This document shows, one piece after another, positions 50,862 through 60,986 of a stretch of DNA of 64,000 bases. The notes under the pieces were generated by a model that was not told the DNA's origin, searched no databases, and saw nothing but the letters and a program-made list of their open reading frames with translations. Position numbers and translations under genes: made by a program. The stretch comes from Bacillota bacterium (GTDB lineage: Bacteria; Bacillota; Dethiobacteria; DTU022), in contig JAXHVH010000008.1 in the NCBI GenBank assembly GCA_034189085.1, positions 104-64,103 of the forward strand, given 5' to 3'. Numbering within the stretch: position 1 is the first letter of the stretch; each line of letters opens with the position of its first letter.

Positions 50862-52913
50862 TTGAGCCCCTTTTTGAGACAAATTACATTCTACCTGGTC
50901 ATAACCCTGGTAGTAATTGTATTACTTTCTACGTTCAATACCGGTACTGCACCGGAAGAAATAAGTTATGATCTATTTGTCCGCAGTTTGGAAAGCGGTG
51001 AAGTAGAAAAGGTTGATATGTACGGCAATGAAATCGAAGCTGTGCTTACTGACGGAACCGTTGTTACCACCTATCATCCCGATGATCACAACCTGACTGA
51101 ACTGTTGCTGGAAAATGAAGTAGTTTATGACAACAATCCGGCACGCGGACCAAGCTGGTGGCAGAGCGCCCTGACCTACCTGATCCCCTTTCTGCTGTTA
51201 ATGGGTATATTCTTTTTCTTTATGCAGCAGACTCAGGGTGGCGGTAATAAGGTCATGAATTTTGGTAAGAGCAGGGCCCGCCTGCAGGAAGGGGAGAAAA
51301 AAAGGGTTACTTTTAACGATGTAGCCGGTGCTGACGAAGAAAGAGCGGAGCTTTCTGAAGTAGTTGATTTTTTGAAAGATCCGCGTAAATATATCGAAAT
51401 TGGTGCCCGTATTCCTAAAGGGATTCTGCTAGTTGGACCACCGGGAACCGGTAAAACACTTTTAGCCCGTGCTGTTGCCGGTGAAGCGGGCGTTCCCTTT
51501 TTCAGCATCAGCGGATCTGATTTCGTGGAAATGTTCGTCGGAGTAGGAGCATCACGTGTGAGGGATATGTTCGAAAATGCAAAGAAAAACTCACCCTGTA
51601 TTGTGTTCATTGATGAAATCGATGCTGTGGGGCGGCAGCGTGGCGCCGGCCTGGGTGGTGGGCATGACGAAAGGGAACAAACTTTGAACCAGCTCCTGGT
51701 GGAGATGGACGGTTTCGATGTCAATGAAGGGATTATTATCATTGCCGCTACCAACCGGCCTGATATTCTAGATCCAGCCCTTCTTCGCCCCGGTAGATTC
51801 GACCGTCAAATTACGGTTGGGCTGCCAGATGTCAAGGGTCGAGAAGAGATTTTGAAGGTGCATTCAAAGAATAAACCTCTTGCCGAGGAAGTGGATTTAA
51901 AGGTAGTTGCCCGCGGCACACCCGGTTTTACCGGTGCTGATCTGGAAAATGTTATCAATGAAGCGGCACTCCTGACGGCACGTATTTCCGAAAAACAGAT
52001 AAGCATGACAGAAATGGAAGAAGCAGTGGAGAGAGTGGTAGCCGGAACACAGAAAAAAAGCAGGGTTATCAGTGCCTTTGAGAAAAAGATAGTTGCTTAC
52101 CATGAAGCGGGGCATGCCCTGGTTGGTTATCTTCTGCCTAATACCGATCCGGTTCACAAGGTATCGATAATCCCTCGTGGCCGGGCCGGTGGTTACACCC
52201 TCATGTTTCCGGAAGAAGACAGATATTATATGACCCGATCCGAATTGCTGGATCGAGTAAGCACCCTGCTTGGGGGAAGAGTGGCTGAGAAACTGGTGCT
52301 TAACGACATCAGCACCGGTGCTCAGAATGACCTGGAGAGGGCTACTCAGATAGTTCGGCAGATGATAATGGAATATGGTATGAGTGATGCCCTCGGCCCC
52401 ATTACCCTGGGCAAAAAGCATGATCAGGTTTTCCTGGGTCGAGATCTGGCACGGGATCGTGATTACAGCGAAGAAATTGCCAAGGCAATCGATCAGGAAG
52501 TCAGGAAAACCATGGATAACTGTTACCAGATTGCTGAGGATATCCTGGAAAAAGAAAGGGATAAGCTGGAGAGAATAGCTTTAGCCCTGATGGAAAAAGA
52601 AACTCTCGATGCCGAGGAAATCAAAGCCCTGGTTGAGGGAAAAGAATTACCGGCAGTAGAAAAACAGAAAGAGCAGAAGCTTGATGAGCTGCAGAATGAG
52701 GAAAATATTTCTGACAGTGATGATGACGAGGTCGAAGTGGCGGAACCTGACAATAACCAAGGGGATGAAAGTGTCAGGAAGGCTTCATCCGTCGAAGAGA
52801 GAGTTGTTTCCGATACGAAAAAAACGGAGATATTAAAGAAAAAGGAAGAACGACGGGCTTCTTTCCAGCAGCGGCCCGGTGATCAGAAAGAAAAACCGGA
52901 AGAAGAATTGTAG
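50862..52913 (+). CDS. ftsH: ATP-dependent zinc metalloprotease FtsH (with ~90-aa charged C-terminal extension)
   Basis: Two N-terminal TM helices, AAA module ([15 protein letters not shown]), HEAGH zinc site. The tail is rich in E/K/D. TTG start. Confidence 0.9.
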   Translation: MSPFLRQITFYLVITLVVIVLLSTFNTGTAPEEISYDLFVRSLESGEVEKVDMYGNEIEAVLTDGTVVTTYHPDDHNLTELLLENEVVYDNNPARGPSWWQSALTYLIPFLLLMGIFFFFMQQTQGGGNKVMNFGKSRARLQEGEKKRVTFNDVAGADEERAELSEVVDFLKDPRKYIEIGARIPKGILLVGPPGTGKTLLARAVAGEAGVPFFSISGSDFVEMFVGVGASRVRDMFENAKKNSPCIVFIDEIDAVGRQRGAGLGGGHDEREQTLNQLLVEMDGFDVNEGIIIIAATNRPDILDPALLRPGRFDRQITVGLPDVKGREEILKVHSKNKPLAEEVDLKVVARGTPGFTGADLENVINEAALLTARISEKQISMTEMEEAVERVVAGTQKKSRVISAFEKKIVAYHEAGHALVGYLLPNTDPVHKVSIIPRGRAGGYTLMFPEEDRYYMTRSELLDRVSTLLGGRVAEKLVLNDISTGAQNDLERATQIVRQMIMEYGMSDALGPITLGKKHDQVFLGRDLARDRDYSEEIAKAIDQEVRKTMDNCYQIAEDILEKERDKLERIALALMEKETLDAEEIKALVEGKELPAVEKQKEQKLDELQNEENISDSDDDEVEVAEPDNNQGDESVRKASSVEERVVSDTKKTEILKKKEERRASFQQRPGDQKEKPEEEL

Positions 52914-52969
52914 GGAGCCATTTATGGCTCCTTTTTTATTACCAGGACAAGGGGCTGAAAGATCGCATA

Positions 52970-53923
52970 ATGACCGGTGGGTTAACAGATATAGAGGGAA
53001 TTAAAGTAGGGGTGGTTTCCAATAACGGAGCGGCTACGGGGCTAACCATTGTTCTTATTGAAGAAGGAGCAAGGGCAGCTGTGGAAGTACGGGGGTCGGC
53101 TCCGGGAACCAGGGAAACTGATCTCCTCGTACCGGGGCGACTTGTTGATTCTGTTCAGGCGATAATGCTGTCCGGAGGGAGCACTTTTGGACTAGATGCC
53201 GCATCAGGAGTGGTCAGGTACCTGGAAGAACATGAAAAAGGATTTCCGGTCGGCGGCATTCGTGTTCCTATTGTTCCGGCAGCCGTAATTTTTGACCTTT
53301 TTATTGGTGACTGCACCATACGGCCGGATGCCGAAATGGGCTACCGGGCCTGTATTGCTGCGACAGCTGGCCCCGTGCCGGAAGGTTCGGTCGGCGCCGG
53401 AACCGGTGCTACTGTAGCCAAATATTACGGTATGCCCGGTGCAATAAAGTCCGGCCAGGGTTCGGCTGCAGTCTGCAGCGATTCTCTCACCGTTGCCGCT
53501 CTGGTTGTGGTTAATGCATTCGGGGACATATACGATCGAAATGGCAGGCTGTTGGCTGGTCCTCGAAACCCGGAAAGCGGTTTAATGGAAAATACAGACG
53601 AACTTTTAAAAAAAGCAGGCGATGCCGGAAGTGATGGAGGCAATACAACCCTTGCTGCAGTAGCAACTAATGCTTCTCTGGACGGTCCCGCCCTGACCAA
53701 AGTCTGCCAGCTTGCCCATGATGGGTTTGCCCGATCGATCTGGCCGGTTCATACCATGTGGGATGGTGATACTGTATTTGCCATTTCTAAAGGCAATCTT
53801 TCCGCTGATGTCAGCCTGGTGGGCATGATGGCTGCCGAAGCGGTAAGCCTGGCCATAGAAAGGGCTGTTCAGAAGGCATCTTCTCTCCTGGGTATACCGG
53901 CACTCTGCGACCTGGCAGAATAA
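52970..53923 (+). CDS. DmpA/OAT-family L-aminopeptidase / D-esterase (peptidase S58)
   Basis: Ntn-hydrolase-like organisation with glycine-rich segments (…IMLSGGSTFGLDAASG…) typical of the S58/DmpA family. 317 aa. Confidence 0.7.
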   Translation: MTGGLTDIEGIKVGVVSNNGAATGLTIVLIEEGARAAVEVRGSAPGTRETDLLVPGRLVDSVQAIMLSGGSTFGLDAASGVVRYLEEHEKGFPVGGIRVPIVPAAVIFDLFIGDCTIRPDAEMGYRACIAATAGPVPEGSVGAGTGATVAKYYGMPGAIKSGQGSAAVCSDSLTVAALVVVNAFGDIYDRNGRLLAGPRNPESGLMENTDELLKKAGDAGSDGGNTTLAAVATNASLDGPALTKVCQLAHDGFARSIWPVHTMWDGDTVFAISKGNLSADVSLVGMMAAEAVSLAIERAVQKASSLLGIPALCDLAE

Positions 53924-54120
53924 CTCTCCAGGAAGCACGGATATTTCTCATATGTTATTGTATTGATATACCATGATTGATTTTCCCTTATTTTTAATCA
54001 ATTAAGTGCAAGATATAGCGGAATGGGGCAGGAATTGGAGCCGTTTTGTTGAATAAAAGTTTTTATCTGCGAGAAATGTGGGATGAGATTGTAAATATAA
54101 ACAATAAGGAGGTTTTTTGT

Positions 54121-55884
54121 ATGCCGTTGGATCCGACAAAACATGCTGACTGGGAGATAGCTGAAGCCGCAGAAGCAAATATGAAAAATGTTCACCAGTT
54201 AGCTGAGGAACTGGGCCTTGACAAAGAGGAACTGCTTCCTCACGGTCACTACGTGGCCAAGGTTGATTACAAAAAAATACTGGAGAGATTAAAGGATAAC
54301 CCCGACGGAAAGTATATTGATGTAACGGCAATCACCCCAACCCCTCTCGGAGAAGGAAAATCAACATCGACTATGGGGTTGACCCAGGGACTGGGCAAAC
54401 GCGGGAAAAAAGTTATGGCGGCTATCCGCCAGCCTTCCGGTGGTCCAACCATGAATGTCAAGGGTTCGGCTGCCGGTGGAGGGCTTTCACAGTGTATCCC
54501 CCTCACGCCCTTCTCACTCGGTTTGACCGGCGACATTAATGCGATCATGAATGCTCATAATTTAGCCATGGTTGCCTTAACTTCGCGGTTGCAGCATGAA
54601 TTTAACTCCACCGATGCTTTCCTTGAAAGAAACAATGTAAAAAGGTTAAATATCAATCCACGTAATGTGGAAATGAAATGGATTATCGATTTTTGCGCCC
54701 AGGCACTCCGTAATATTGTTATCGGGCTGGGAGATCGAAAAGACGGTTTTATGATGAGTTCAGGTTTTGCCATTGCTGTCTCCTCAGAAGTTATGGCCAT
54801 TCTGGCTGTAGCCAGGGATTTAAAAGACATGCGGGAAAGAATGGGCAGGATTGTGGTTGCTTATGACAAGAGAGGCAATCCGGTAACTACCGAGGATCTG
54901 GATGTAGCCGGCGCGATGACTGCCTGGATGGTTGATGCTATCAATCCAAACCTCCTGCAGACGATCGAGGGGCAGCCGGTACTGGTGCATGCCGGGCCTT
55001 TTGCCAATATTGCTATCGGACAGTCTTCGATCATTGCCGACCGGGTCGGTTTAAAATTAAGCGACTACCATATCACCGAGTCCGGTTTTGCCGCTGATAT
55101 TGGCTTTGAAAAATTCTGGAACCTGAAGTGCCGCATGTCCGGCCTTACTCCCCACTGTGCAGTACTCGTAGCTACCATTCGGGCCTTGAAATGTCACGGC
55201 GGTGCTCCACTGCCGCTGCCCGGTCAGCCTCTTGATCCAGCTTACAACGAGGAAAATCTCAAGTGGGTTGAAAAAGGCTGTGAAAACCTTATTCACCATA
55301 TCAAGACAATTAAAAAATCCGGTATCAGTCCGGTGGTTTGTCTCAACCATTTCCATACCGATACTGACAATGAAATTAAGCTTGTCCGCCGTATGGCTGA
55401 AGAAGCTGGAGCCAGGGTTGCTCTTTCCAAGCACTGGCAGTACGGGGGTGAGGGCGCTCTTGAATTCGCGGATGCGGTTATTGAAGCATGCGAAGAAAAG
55501 AACGATTTTAAATTCCTCTATGAACTCGATACCCCCCTTAGGGAGCGCATTGATCTTATTGCCAGGGAAGTTTACGGCGCAGACGGTGTGGAATACTCTG
55601 CCGAAGCCCTTGAAAAAGCGAAGAAAATGGAAGGAGATCCCAAATTCCAGAAAATGGGTACCTGCATGGTCAAAACTCACCTCAGCCTGACCGACAATCC
55701 CATGCTGAAAGGTGTACCGAAAGGCTGGAAGCTTTTCGTTCGTGATATCCTTACCTATGGTGGAGCCGATTTCGTTGTCCCGGTGGCCGGTTCTATTTCC
55801 TTGATGCCGGGAACTGCTGCCAATCCGGCTTATCGCAGGGTCGATGTAGATGTAAATACCGGAAAGGTTGAAGGTCTGTTCTAA
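54121..55884 (+). CDS. fhs: Formate--tetrahydrofolate ligase
   Basis: FTHFS signatures ([15 protein letters not shown]…, …[15 protein letters not shown]…). ATG 54121 lies 8 nt after AAGGAGG. The track's upstream start is unlikely. Confidence 0.9.
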   Translation: MPLDPTKHADWEIAEAAEANMKNVHQLAEELGLDKEELLPHGHYVAKVDYKKILERLKDNPDGKYIDVTAITPTPLGEGKSTSTMGLTQGLGKRGKKVMAAIRQPSGGPTMNVKGSAAGGGLSQCIPLTPFSLGLTGDINAIMNAHNLAMVALTSRLQHEFNSTDAFLERNNVKRLNINPRNVEMKWIIDFCAQALRNIVIGLGDRKDGFMMSSGFAIAVSSEVMAILAVARDLKDMRERMGRIVVAYDKRGNPVTTEDLDVAGAMTAWMVDAINPNLLQTIEGQPVLVHAGPFANIAIGQSSIIADRVGLKLSDYHITESGFAADIGFEKFWNLKCRMSGLTPHCAVLVATIRALKCHGGAPLPLPGQPLDPAYNEENLKWVEKGCENLIHHIKTIKKSGISPVVCLNHFHTDTDNEIKLVRRMAEEAGARVALSKHWQYGGEGALEFADAVIEACEEKNDFKFLYELDTPLRERIDLIAREVYGADGVEYSAEALEKAKKMEGDPKFQKMGTCMVKTHLSLTDNPMLKGVPKGWKLFVRDILTYGGADFVVPVAGSISLMPGTAANPAYRRVDVDVNTGKVEGLF

Positions 55885-55928
55885 GCAGATGATTATTTGC
55901 CTGTATTAATTGAGTATTGCTCAATTGT

Positions 55929-55959
55929 GACGGGATGCCTTCAGGGGCGTCCCGTTTTA
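55929..55959 (+). terminator. Terminator after fhs
   Basis: GACGGGATGCC-TTCAG-GGGCGTCCCGT hairpin followed by TTTTA. Confidence 0.55.
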
Positions 55960-55961
55960 TA

Positions 55962-56100
55962 TGGGTGCGCCGCATGGGCATTGTTAAGCTGGCGGTGAAA
56001 GTCCGCTGCAGGCCTGACAGTAAGAGCCATTGTCTGATGGAAAGGTGGCCGCTGTGATGCGGAATCTAAAGGAAACTTAAGTAAGCAAAATCCCGGCCTG
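55962..56100 (+). other. Candidate structured RNA element with no downstream gene (partial cobalamin-riboswitch-like core motifs)
   Basis: GC-rich block between convergent genes. Contains GCGG-UGAAAGU-CCGC, CUGCAG, GACAGUAAG, GCCAUUG…GGAAAGGUGGC and CCGC-UGUGAU-GCGG hairpins. Resembles the GGUGnAAnUCC…GCAG…ACUGU…GGnAAGGC pattern of AdoCbl riboswitch cores. The GGGAA element and a recognisable B12 box are not evident. Confidence 0.3.
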
Positions 56101-56195
56101 CTGAAATAGAAACACCAAGTAAAATCTTGAAGTGTTTCCGTATATAATTCCTGTGTGAGGAGTAAGAACTGGGGAAGGGGTTTTATCCTGAGTGA

Positions 56196-56708
56196 TTAAT
56201 TAAACCAGTTTGCGGAAAGGTAGTAGCGGACTTCTTCCTCAGAGGGACATTTTGATAAAAGCTCACGGACGGTTTTGCCTTGTCCAGGGATTGCCAGGTT
56301 GGGGGCAATATCTGACAGGGGAATAAGAACAAAACACCTTTCGCCCAGTCGTGGATGGGGTAGCGCAAGCCGGGCAGTATTCATTACCATATTTTCATAA
56401 ACCAGCATATCCAGATCAATCGTTCGAGGTCCCCATCTTTCAATTCTGATTCTGCCGATCCGGTTTTCCACATCAAGCATTGCCTCCATCAGGGTTTCCG
56501 GGGGAAGGGTGGTCAGCAGTGAGGCACAGGCGTTGAGATAATATCCCTGGACGGGTCCTCCCACAGGCTCAGTTTCATAAATCGGAGAAACTGTTTTTAT
56601 TCTAATGGAGGGGATCCGGGCAAGTAAAGTCAACGATTGGCGCAAATTGGTCAGACGACTGCCAATGTTTGAACCGAGACCGATATAAGCAATGTTTATC
56701 TTAATCAT
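56196..56708 (-). CDS. folK: 2-amino-4-hydroxy-6-hydroxymethyldihydropteridine pyrophosphokinase
   Basis: MIKINIAYIGLGSNIGSR… aligns with the FolK N-terminus. HPPK motifs (ERWGPRTIDLD, HPRL) present. An alternative ATG at 56777 directly abuts the folB stop and would add 23 non-conserved residues. Confidence 0.85.
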   Translation of the reverse strand: MIKINIAYIGLGSNIGSRLTNLRQSLTLLARIPSIRIKTVSPIYETEPVGGPVQGYYLNACASLLTTLPPETLMEAMLDVENRIGRIRIERWGPRTIDLDMLVYENMVMNTARLALPHPRLGERCFVLIPLSDIAPNLAIPGQGKTVRELLSKCPSEEEVRYYLSANWFN

Positions 56709-56778
56709 GGGATTATCCGGGCGAATTCGGCAAGATCTGGCTGTCTGGTTGTTCAGCCCTGTCTCCTCATTTATCATA

Positions 56779-57132
56779 TTACCTGTGTCGATTAACTATC
56801 ACTCCTACTCCTCCCTGCACACCGGGCAGGGGAGGACTGGGTTTGCGAACTTCAACGGTTGCTTCCAGCACCCCCGTGAGTTTCAGCAGCTTATCGGCAA
56901 TTCGGCAGGCGAGCGTTTCGAGAAGCCTGCAGGAGTTGCTGTACATCACTTCCTCGATGGCCATCACCGCCTTACGGTAATCGGGGACTTTGTCGATCCG
57001 GTCGTCGTTGTGGCTGGTCAGATCGATACCCATCTCTATGCTGACCTGGAATTCCTGACCCAGGCTGTTTTCTTCTGGAAGCACTCCATGATAGGCGTAA
57101 CAGGTAAAACTATCAATAATTATTCGGTCCAA
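56779..57132 (-). CDS. folB: Dihydroneopterin aldolase
   Basis: …GVLPEEN…GQEF…, 117 aa. TTG start 7 nt after GGAGGTGA. Confidence 0.85.
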   Translation of the reverse strand: MDRIIIDSFTCYAYHGVLPEENSLGQEFQVSIEMGIDLTSHNDDRIDKVPDYRKAVMAIEEVMYSNSCRLLETLACRIADKLLKLTGVLEATVEVRKPSPPLPGVQGGVGVIVNRHR

Positions 57133-57139
57133 ATGGTTC

Positions 57140-58366
57140 TCACCTCCGTATTATGGTATCGGTCATCACTGCTACCCTTTTCATCGATAAAACATCGTGA
57201 ACCCTGACAATGTCGGCTCCCGCAACAATTCCGTATGCTACGGTTGCTGCTGTGCCCTCCATGCGTTCATCTGTGGGAAGATCCAGCGTTTTTCCGATCA
57301 TTGATTTTCGGGAAGTGCCGAGGAGCAGGGGGTAACCGAGGCGACAGAATGTATTTAAATGCAGCATCACATCAAGATTTTGCTGCAGATCTTTGCCAAA
57401 GCCGATCCCCGGGTCGATGATCATTTTCTCGTCTTTAATACCAGCATTTTGTGCCAGGGCAATTGATTCCTTCATTTCAGCAATAATATCGGCAATTAGA
57501 TCTTCGTAATCTGTGCTGTTTCGATTATGCATCAGGCAGATGGGTACATCGAAATGTGCGGCAACTGTTCCCAGCTGCGGATCAGCTTTTAAGCCCCAGA
57601 CATCATTTAACATTTCCACTCCGGCGGCTAGAGCTTGTTGCGCTACTTGTGCCTTATAAGTATCTATTGAAAGTGGAAGTTTAAAAGTCTGATCTTTTTT
57701 TAAAGCTTTGATAACCGGCATAACCCGGTTTAGTTCGACTTCAGCATCTACTGGCATAACTCGACTTATCCCGGTAGCGGCGTTAACTTTCAGATGGCCC
57801 GGTCGGGTTGATTCCCCACCGATATCAATAATATCAGCGCCTTCCTCGGCCATACGGAACGCCTGGGTGAGAGCTTTATCAAGTTGATCAAAACGGCCGC
57901 CGTCGGAAAATGAATCGGGAGTCACATTAAGAATACCCATAATTAATGTTCTTTGGCCGAGTGGAAGGCGGTGGTGCCCGAGATAAAAAGGTAAACTGTT
58001 CTTTCTGCTGCTTCTCACCAGGGTGTCGTGGAGCAAAGCAGCTAGCTTCGCTGGTTCTTCTCCGCAGTTTTCCAGCTGTTTACAGAGATCGTTGAGCTCA
58101 TTCTCGGTACCGGCAATAACCGCCTCAAAGATTTGTTTCCCATCGTCGGTTTTACCGAACAGAACATTATTATTTTCCAGAGCAGGCACATTTTTGAGCA
58201 CCGGTATGAGCCCCCGTGGCACATTCCTTAATCTGAAGACAAGGGAATCAACCTGCCTGGCAAATTGCTCGCTTATCTCCGGGGAGAAACCCATTGCTGT
58301 GAGATCCACAAGAATTTTTCCTGGTTCAAGGATGAGGATCTGGGGGGAGGAATTTTGTCTTTTCAA
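57140..58366 (-). CDS. folP: Dihydropteroate synthase with ~125-aa N-terminal extension
   Basis: Pterin-binding domain from LIMGILNVTPDSFSDGG through DIGGESTRPG to the end. It is preceded by about 125 aa with no obvious family. Confidence 0.85.
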   Translation of the reverse strand: MKRQNSSPQILILEPGKILVDLTAMGFSPEISEQFARQVDSLVFRLRNVPRGLIPVLKNVPALENNNVLFGKTDDGKQIFEAVIAGTENELNDLCKQLENCGEEPAKLAALLHDTLVRSSRKNSLPFYLGHHRLPLGQRTLIMGILNVTPDSFSDGGRFDQLDKALTQAFRMAEEGADIIDIGGESTRPGHLKVNAATGISRVMPVDAEVELNRVMPVIKALKKDQTFKLPLSIDTYKAQVAQQALAAGVEMLNDVWGLKADPQLGTVAAHFDVPICLMHNRNSTDYEDLIADIIAEMKESIALAQNAGIKDEKMIIDPGIGFGKDLQQNLDVMLHLNTFCRLGYPLLLGTSRKSMIGKTLDLPTDERMEGTAATVAYGIVAGADIVRVHDVLSMKRVAVMTDTIIRR

Positions 58367-58872
58367 TATATCAGCTCCTCTTTATGGGGTTGCCTGTCAA
58401 GGGTGTGGCATTCGCTGCGGGTCTGGCAGCCGAAACAGAGACGGGAATACTGATCTGCTTTCGCCAGAGCTTTGCTTAATGGGGATAGGTGTTGTTGTTC
58501 AAGGCTTTTCAAACGATGCTGAGCGATTGCCCGGGTTATCAATTCCATTTCTGAATTGGAGAAACCCACTTTTTCAAGAATAGTCCTGGCCAGCTCGGCG
58601 CTGGCAAGAGCATGGTCAGTTCCATTGTCGTATTCCTGCCAGCGGCCAATATCGTGCAACAGGCCCGCCGCATAAGCTGTTTCGCGTGTAATAAAAGGGC
58701 AGCCTTCCTCAATCAGCAGCAGATAAGTTAGCCTGGCTACTGTGAGCAGATGTTCAAAGTGATGCTGGCAGAAGAGGCGTGATCCTTCACGCAGGGCATT
58801 GCGCTCTAAATGATCACGATATTCCCGGCTGGCAAGTATTTTATTGACTCGCTCCATCATTTTATCTTTCAT
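58363..58872 (-). CDS. HD-domain phosphohydrolase in folate operon (candidate dihydroneopterin triphosphate pyrophosphatase)
   Basis: HD motif (…HHFEHLLTVARL…AAGLLHDIGR…). Its position between folE and folP is where folQ-type genes usually sit. Confidence 0.65.
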   Translation of the reverse strand: MKDKMMERVNKILASREYRDHLERNALREGSRLFCQHHFEHLLTVARLTYLLLIEEGCPFITRETAYAAGLLHDIGRWQEYDNGTDHALASAELARTILEKVGFSNSEMELITRAIAQHRLKSLEQQHLSPLSKALAKADQYSRLCFGCQTRSECHTLDRQPHKEELIY

Positions 58873-58891
58873 TGTCCGTTCTCGGTTATAG

Positions 58892-59458
58892 TTATCTTTT
58901 CCCCTGAATTAGACTGAATACTTCGCCTCTGGAGCTGGGATTGCGTCGGAACAGCCCCCTGACGGCGGATGTGACTGTAACAGCACCCGGTTTGCTTACA
59001 CCGCGGATGCTCATGCAGAGATGTTCCGCTTCAACAACCACGACGACCCCTTTAGGTTTAAGTCCTTCCGTGATTATATCAGCTACATTGCTGGTTAAAC
59101 GTTCCTGCAGCTGGGGACGTCGGGAGACAGTTTCAATAACCCTGACTAATTTGCTTAATCCGACAATCCTTCCCCCTGAAGGAAGATAGGCAACGTGAGC
59201 TTTCCCGTAGAATGGGAGCAGATGATGTTCACACATAGAGTAAAAGGATATGTCTTTGACCAGGACGATTTCGTCATGACCGTCTTCAACGAAACATGTT
59301 TTTAAATGCTCCCTTGGATCCTGTTCCAGTCCTCTGAATAATTCTTCATACATATTGGCTATGCGTTTTGGAGTGCCCACCAGGCCTTCCCTGTTTAAAT
59401 CTTCACCGACAGCTTCCAGGATCATCTCTACCGCCCTGATAATTTTTGCTTTATCCAC
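58892..59458 (-). CDS. folE: GTP cyclohydrolase I
   Basis: [14 protein letters not shown] and QERLT motifs. GTG start. Confidence 0.9.
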   Translation of the reverse strand: MDKAKIIRAVEMILEAVGEDLNREGLVGTPKRIANMYEELFRGLEQDPREHLKTCFVEDGHDEIVLVKDISFYSMCEHHLLPFYGKAHVAYLPSGGRIVGLSKLVRVIETVSRRPQLQERLTSNVADIITEGLKPKGVVVVVEAEHLCMSIRGVSKPGAVTVTSAVRGLFRRNPSSRGEVFSLIQGKR

Positions 59459-59491
59459 AAGTATACCGCCTTTCTCATAATAAAAAATGTA

Positions 59492-60787
59492 TTACGGCAG
59501 AAAAATAATAATACTGTGCAGGAAGGCGCCGGCAAGTATATTTTCAGTCCGCTGGTAGAGAAATCCTAGAACCAGCGCAGTCCCGGGGACAAGAACCGCC
59601 GCCTCCACATATGTATAAGGATAATCAATCATCCATGTCTCGGTGATTGTAATAATAGCCAGGCGGGCAGCAGCTACCAGCAAAACAGTTAATATTAAAC
59701 TGAGGTTGGGCCCGTATTGGCGGCATAAAGAGGTCTGGATAAAACCTCTCCAGAACATTTCCCGCGGCAACCCGATCAATAGAAAAATAAGAACAAAATT
59801 CATCACTGTTTCCAGGCCTGCAAAATTCATACCGCCGGGAAGTCCCCTGGTGGTCCCGATTATCAGGCCAGCAGCGATCAAAGCCAGAAAATATCCATGG
59901 CCAATCCTTTCGCGGCGTACTCCGAAATCAAGGTAGTCGATTTTATTAAATTTCCAAAGAACAAAAAGAACAATGATAGCTGCTGCATAACCGAAAAAAG
60001 TATAATAGTTAAGAAATCCGTTTATTTTGGGTATAACTTCGCCTGCTGTTACCAGTATCACCAGCAGTGGTATCATGAGCATATTGAGGAATCCGGGTTT
60101 TGTTTCCCTTATTTGTTGCCAGTATCGAGTATAGTGATGGTCCAAAGAAAATATTGTCATTATTACCATTAAAATAGCCACGAATATGCTGTAAATCATG
60201 AAAGGGCCAGCGATACTGAGCCAGGAGGCGTTTAACCGGGGAGGCAACTGCGGTTCACCGGTGGGCGAAATGAAATAATAATAAATCAGGCTGTCACGGG
60301 GATAAAAAGTAATCGGTATGGTATCCTGCCATATTGTCGGTATCCCCATCTGTTTTTCAACAGCCTGATAAACTGTTTCCAGTTCAGATTTGTTGGTTAC
60401 CGGTGTAAATAGGATGTCTCCCCTGATCTGATCAAAAAAACTGTGGCTGATTACCATAAACAAGCCGCCGATTGTCTCATCTGCCTGCTGGATCCCGTTC
60501 TGCCGGTAAATGCCATTGCCCAGTAGAAGCAAACTTGTGTCATGGTCGGTTTCGTTAAGGGTGACCAGCGTTCCACCGGACGGCAGAATAACCGTCAGAT
60601 CTTCTGTTTCAATGGACCACGGCTCTGTTTTACAGACAGAACTGATTTCATATTGACAGGGCTTGCGTCCCAGGGCATCCGGAATGAATACTGTTATTAA
60701 AAAAGCCGAAACGACAAGCAGCACAGCGATTATGATCAAAAGTATTAGGGCGACAAAGTAATTTTTGCCCGATATTTTCTTTAACAA
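59492..60787 (-). CDS. CPBP-family (CAAX/Abi) intramembrane metalloprotease with large N-terminal extracytoplasmic domain
   Basis: The C-terminal TM bundle carries the PREMFWRGF (EExxxR-like) and FLHSIIIF (FxxxH) motifs. N-terminal TM helix plus an ectodomain of about 180 aa. Probable TTG start at 60787, 7 nt after AAGGAGG. Confidence 0.65.
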   Translation of the reverse strand: MLKKISGKNYFVALILLIIIAVLLVVSAFLITVFIPDALGRKPCQYEISSVCKTEPWSIETEDLTVILPSGGTLVTLNETDHDTSLLLLGNGIYRQNGIQQADETIGGLFMVISHSFFDQIRGDILFTPVTNKSELETVYQAVEKQMGIPTIWQDTIPITFYPRDSLIYYYFISPTGEPQLPPRLNASWLSIAGPFMIYSIFVAILMVIMTIFSLDHHYTRYWQQIRETKPGFLNMLMIPLLVILVTAGEVIPKINGFLNYYTFFGYAAAIIVLFVLWKFNKIDYLDFGVRRERIGHGYFLALIAAGLIIGTTRGLPGGMNFAGLETVMNFVLIFLLIGLPREMFWRGFIQTSLCRQYGPNLSLILTVLLVAAARLAIITITETWMIDYPYTYVEAAVLVPGTALVLGFLYQRTENILAGAFLHSIIIFLP

Positions 60788-60986
60788 AAGTGCTCCTCCT
60801 TGTGCGAATAATGCTGTCAAAGTGCTTTGCTGTACTTCGACGGGATGATCCGGATTCCTCCAAGATTATTACGCCTCTACCATTAAGCTGCAGAGTGGTT
60901 CTTTGCAAAAATAACGTAATCTGCTATAGTGTTATTGACCTGGCATTTGTTTACCAGGCTTATCGATCAGCGGGGAGGAATGTAAT

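Noticed and set aside
53924-54120. Possible ZTP (pfl) riboswitch upstream of fhs
   Set aside because: fhs is a common ZTP-regulated gene, but the leader lacks the conserved GGGUCGUGAC…CCGGGCGGA…CCGCCUGGGCA elements. Only an AAGGAGG RBS is evident.
60788-60986. Possible THF riboswitch upstream of the CPBP-folE operon
   Set aside because: Compared by eye with the THF aptamer consensus (AGUAG…UUCGCGUUAAG…GCGGUGAAUC). No convincing match on the minus strand.
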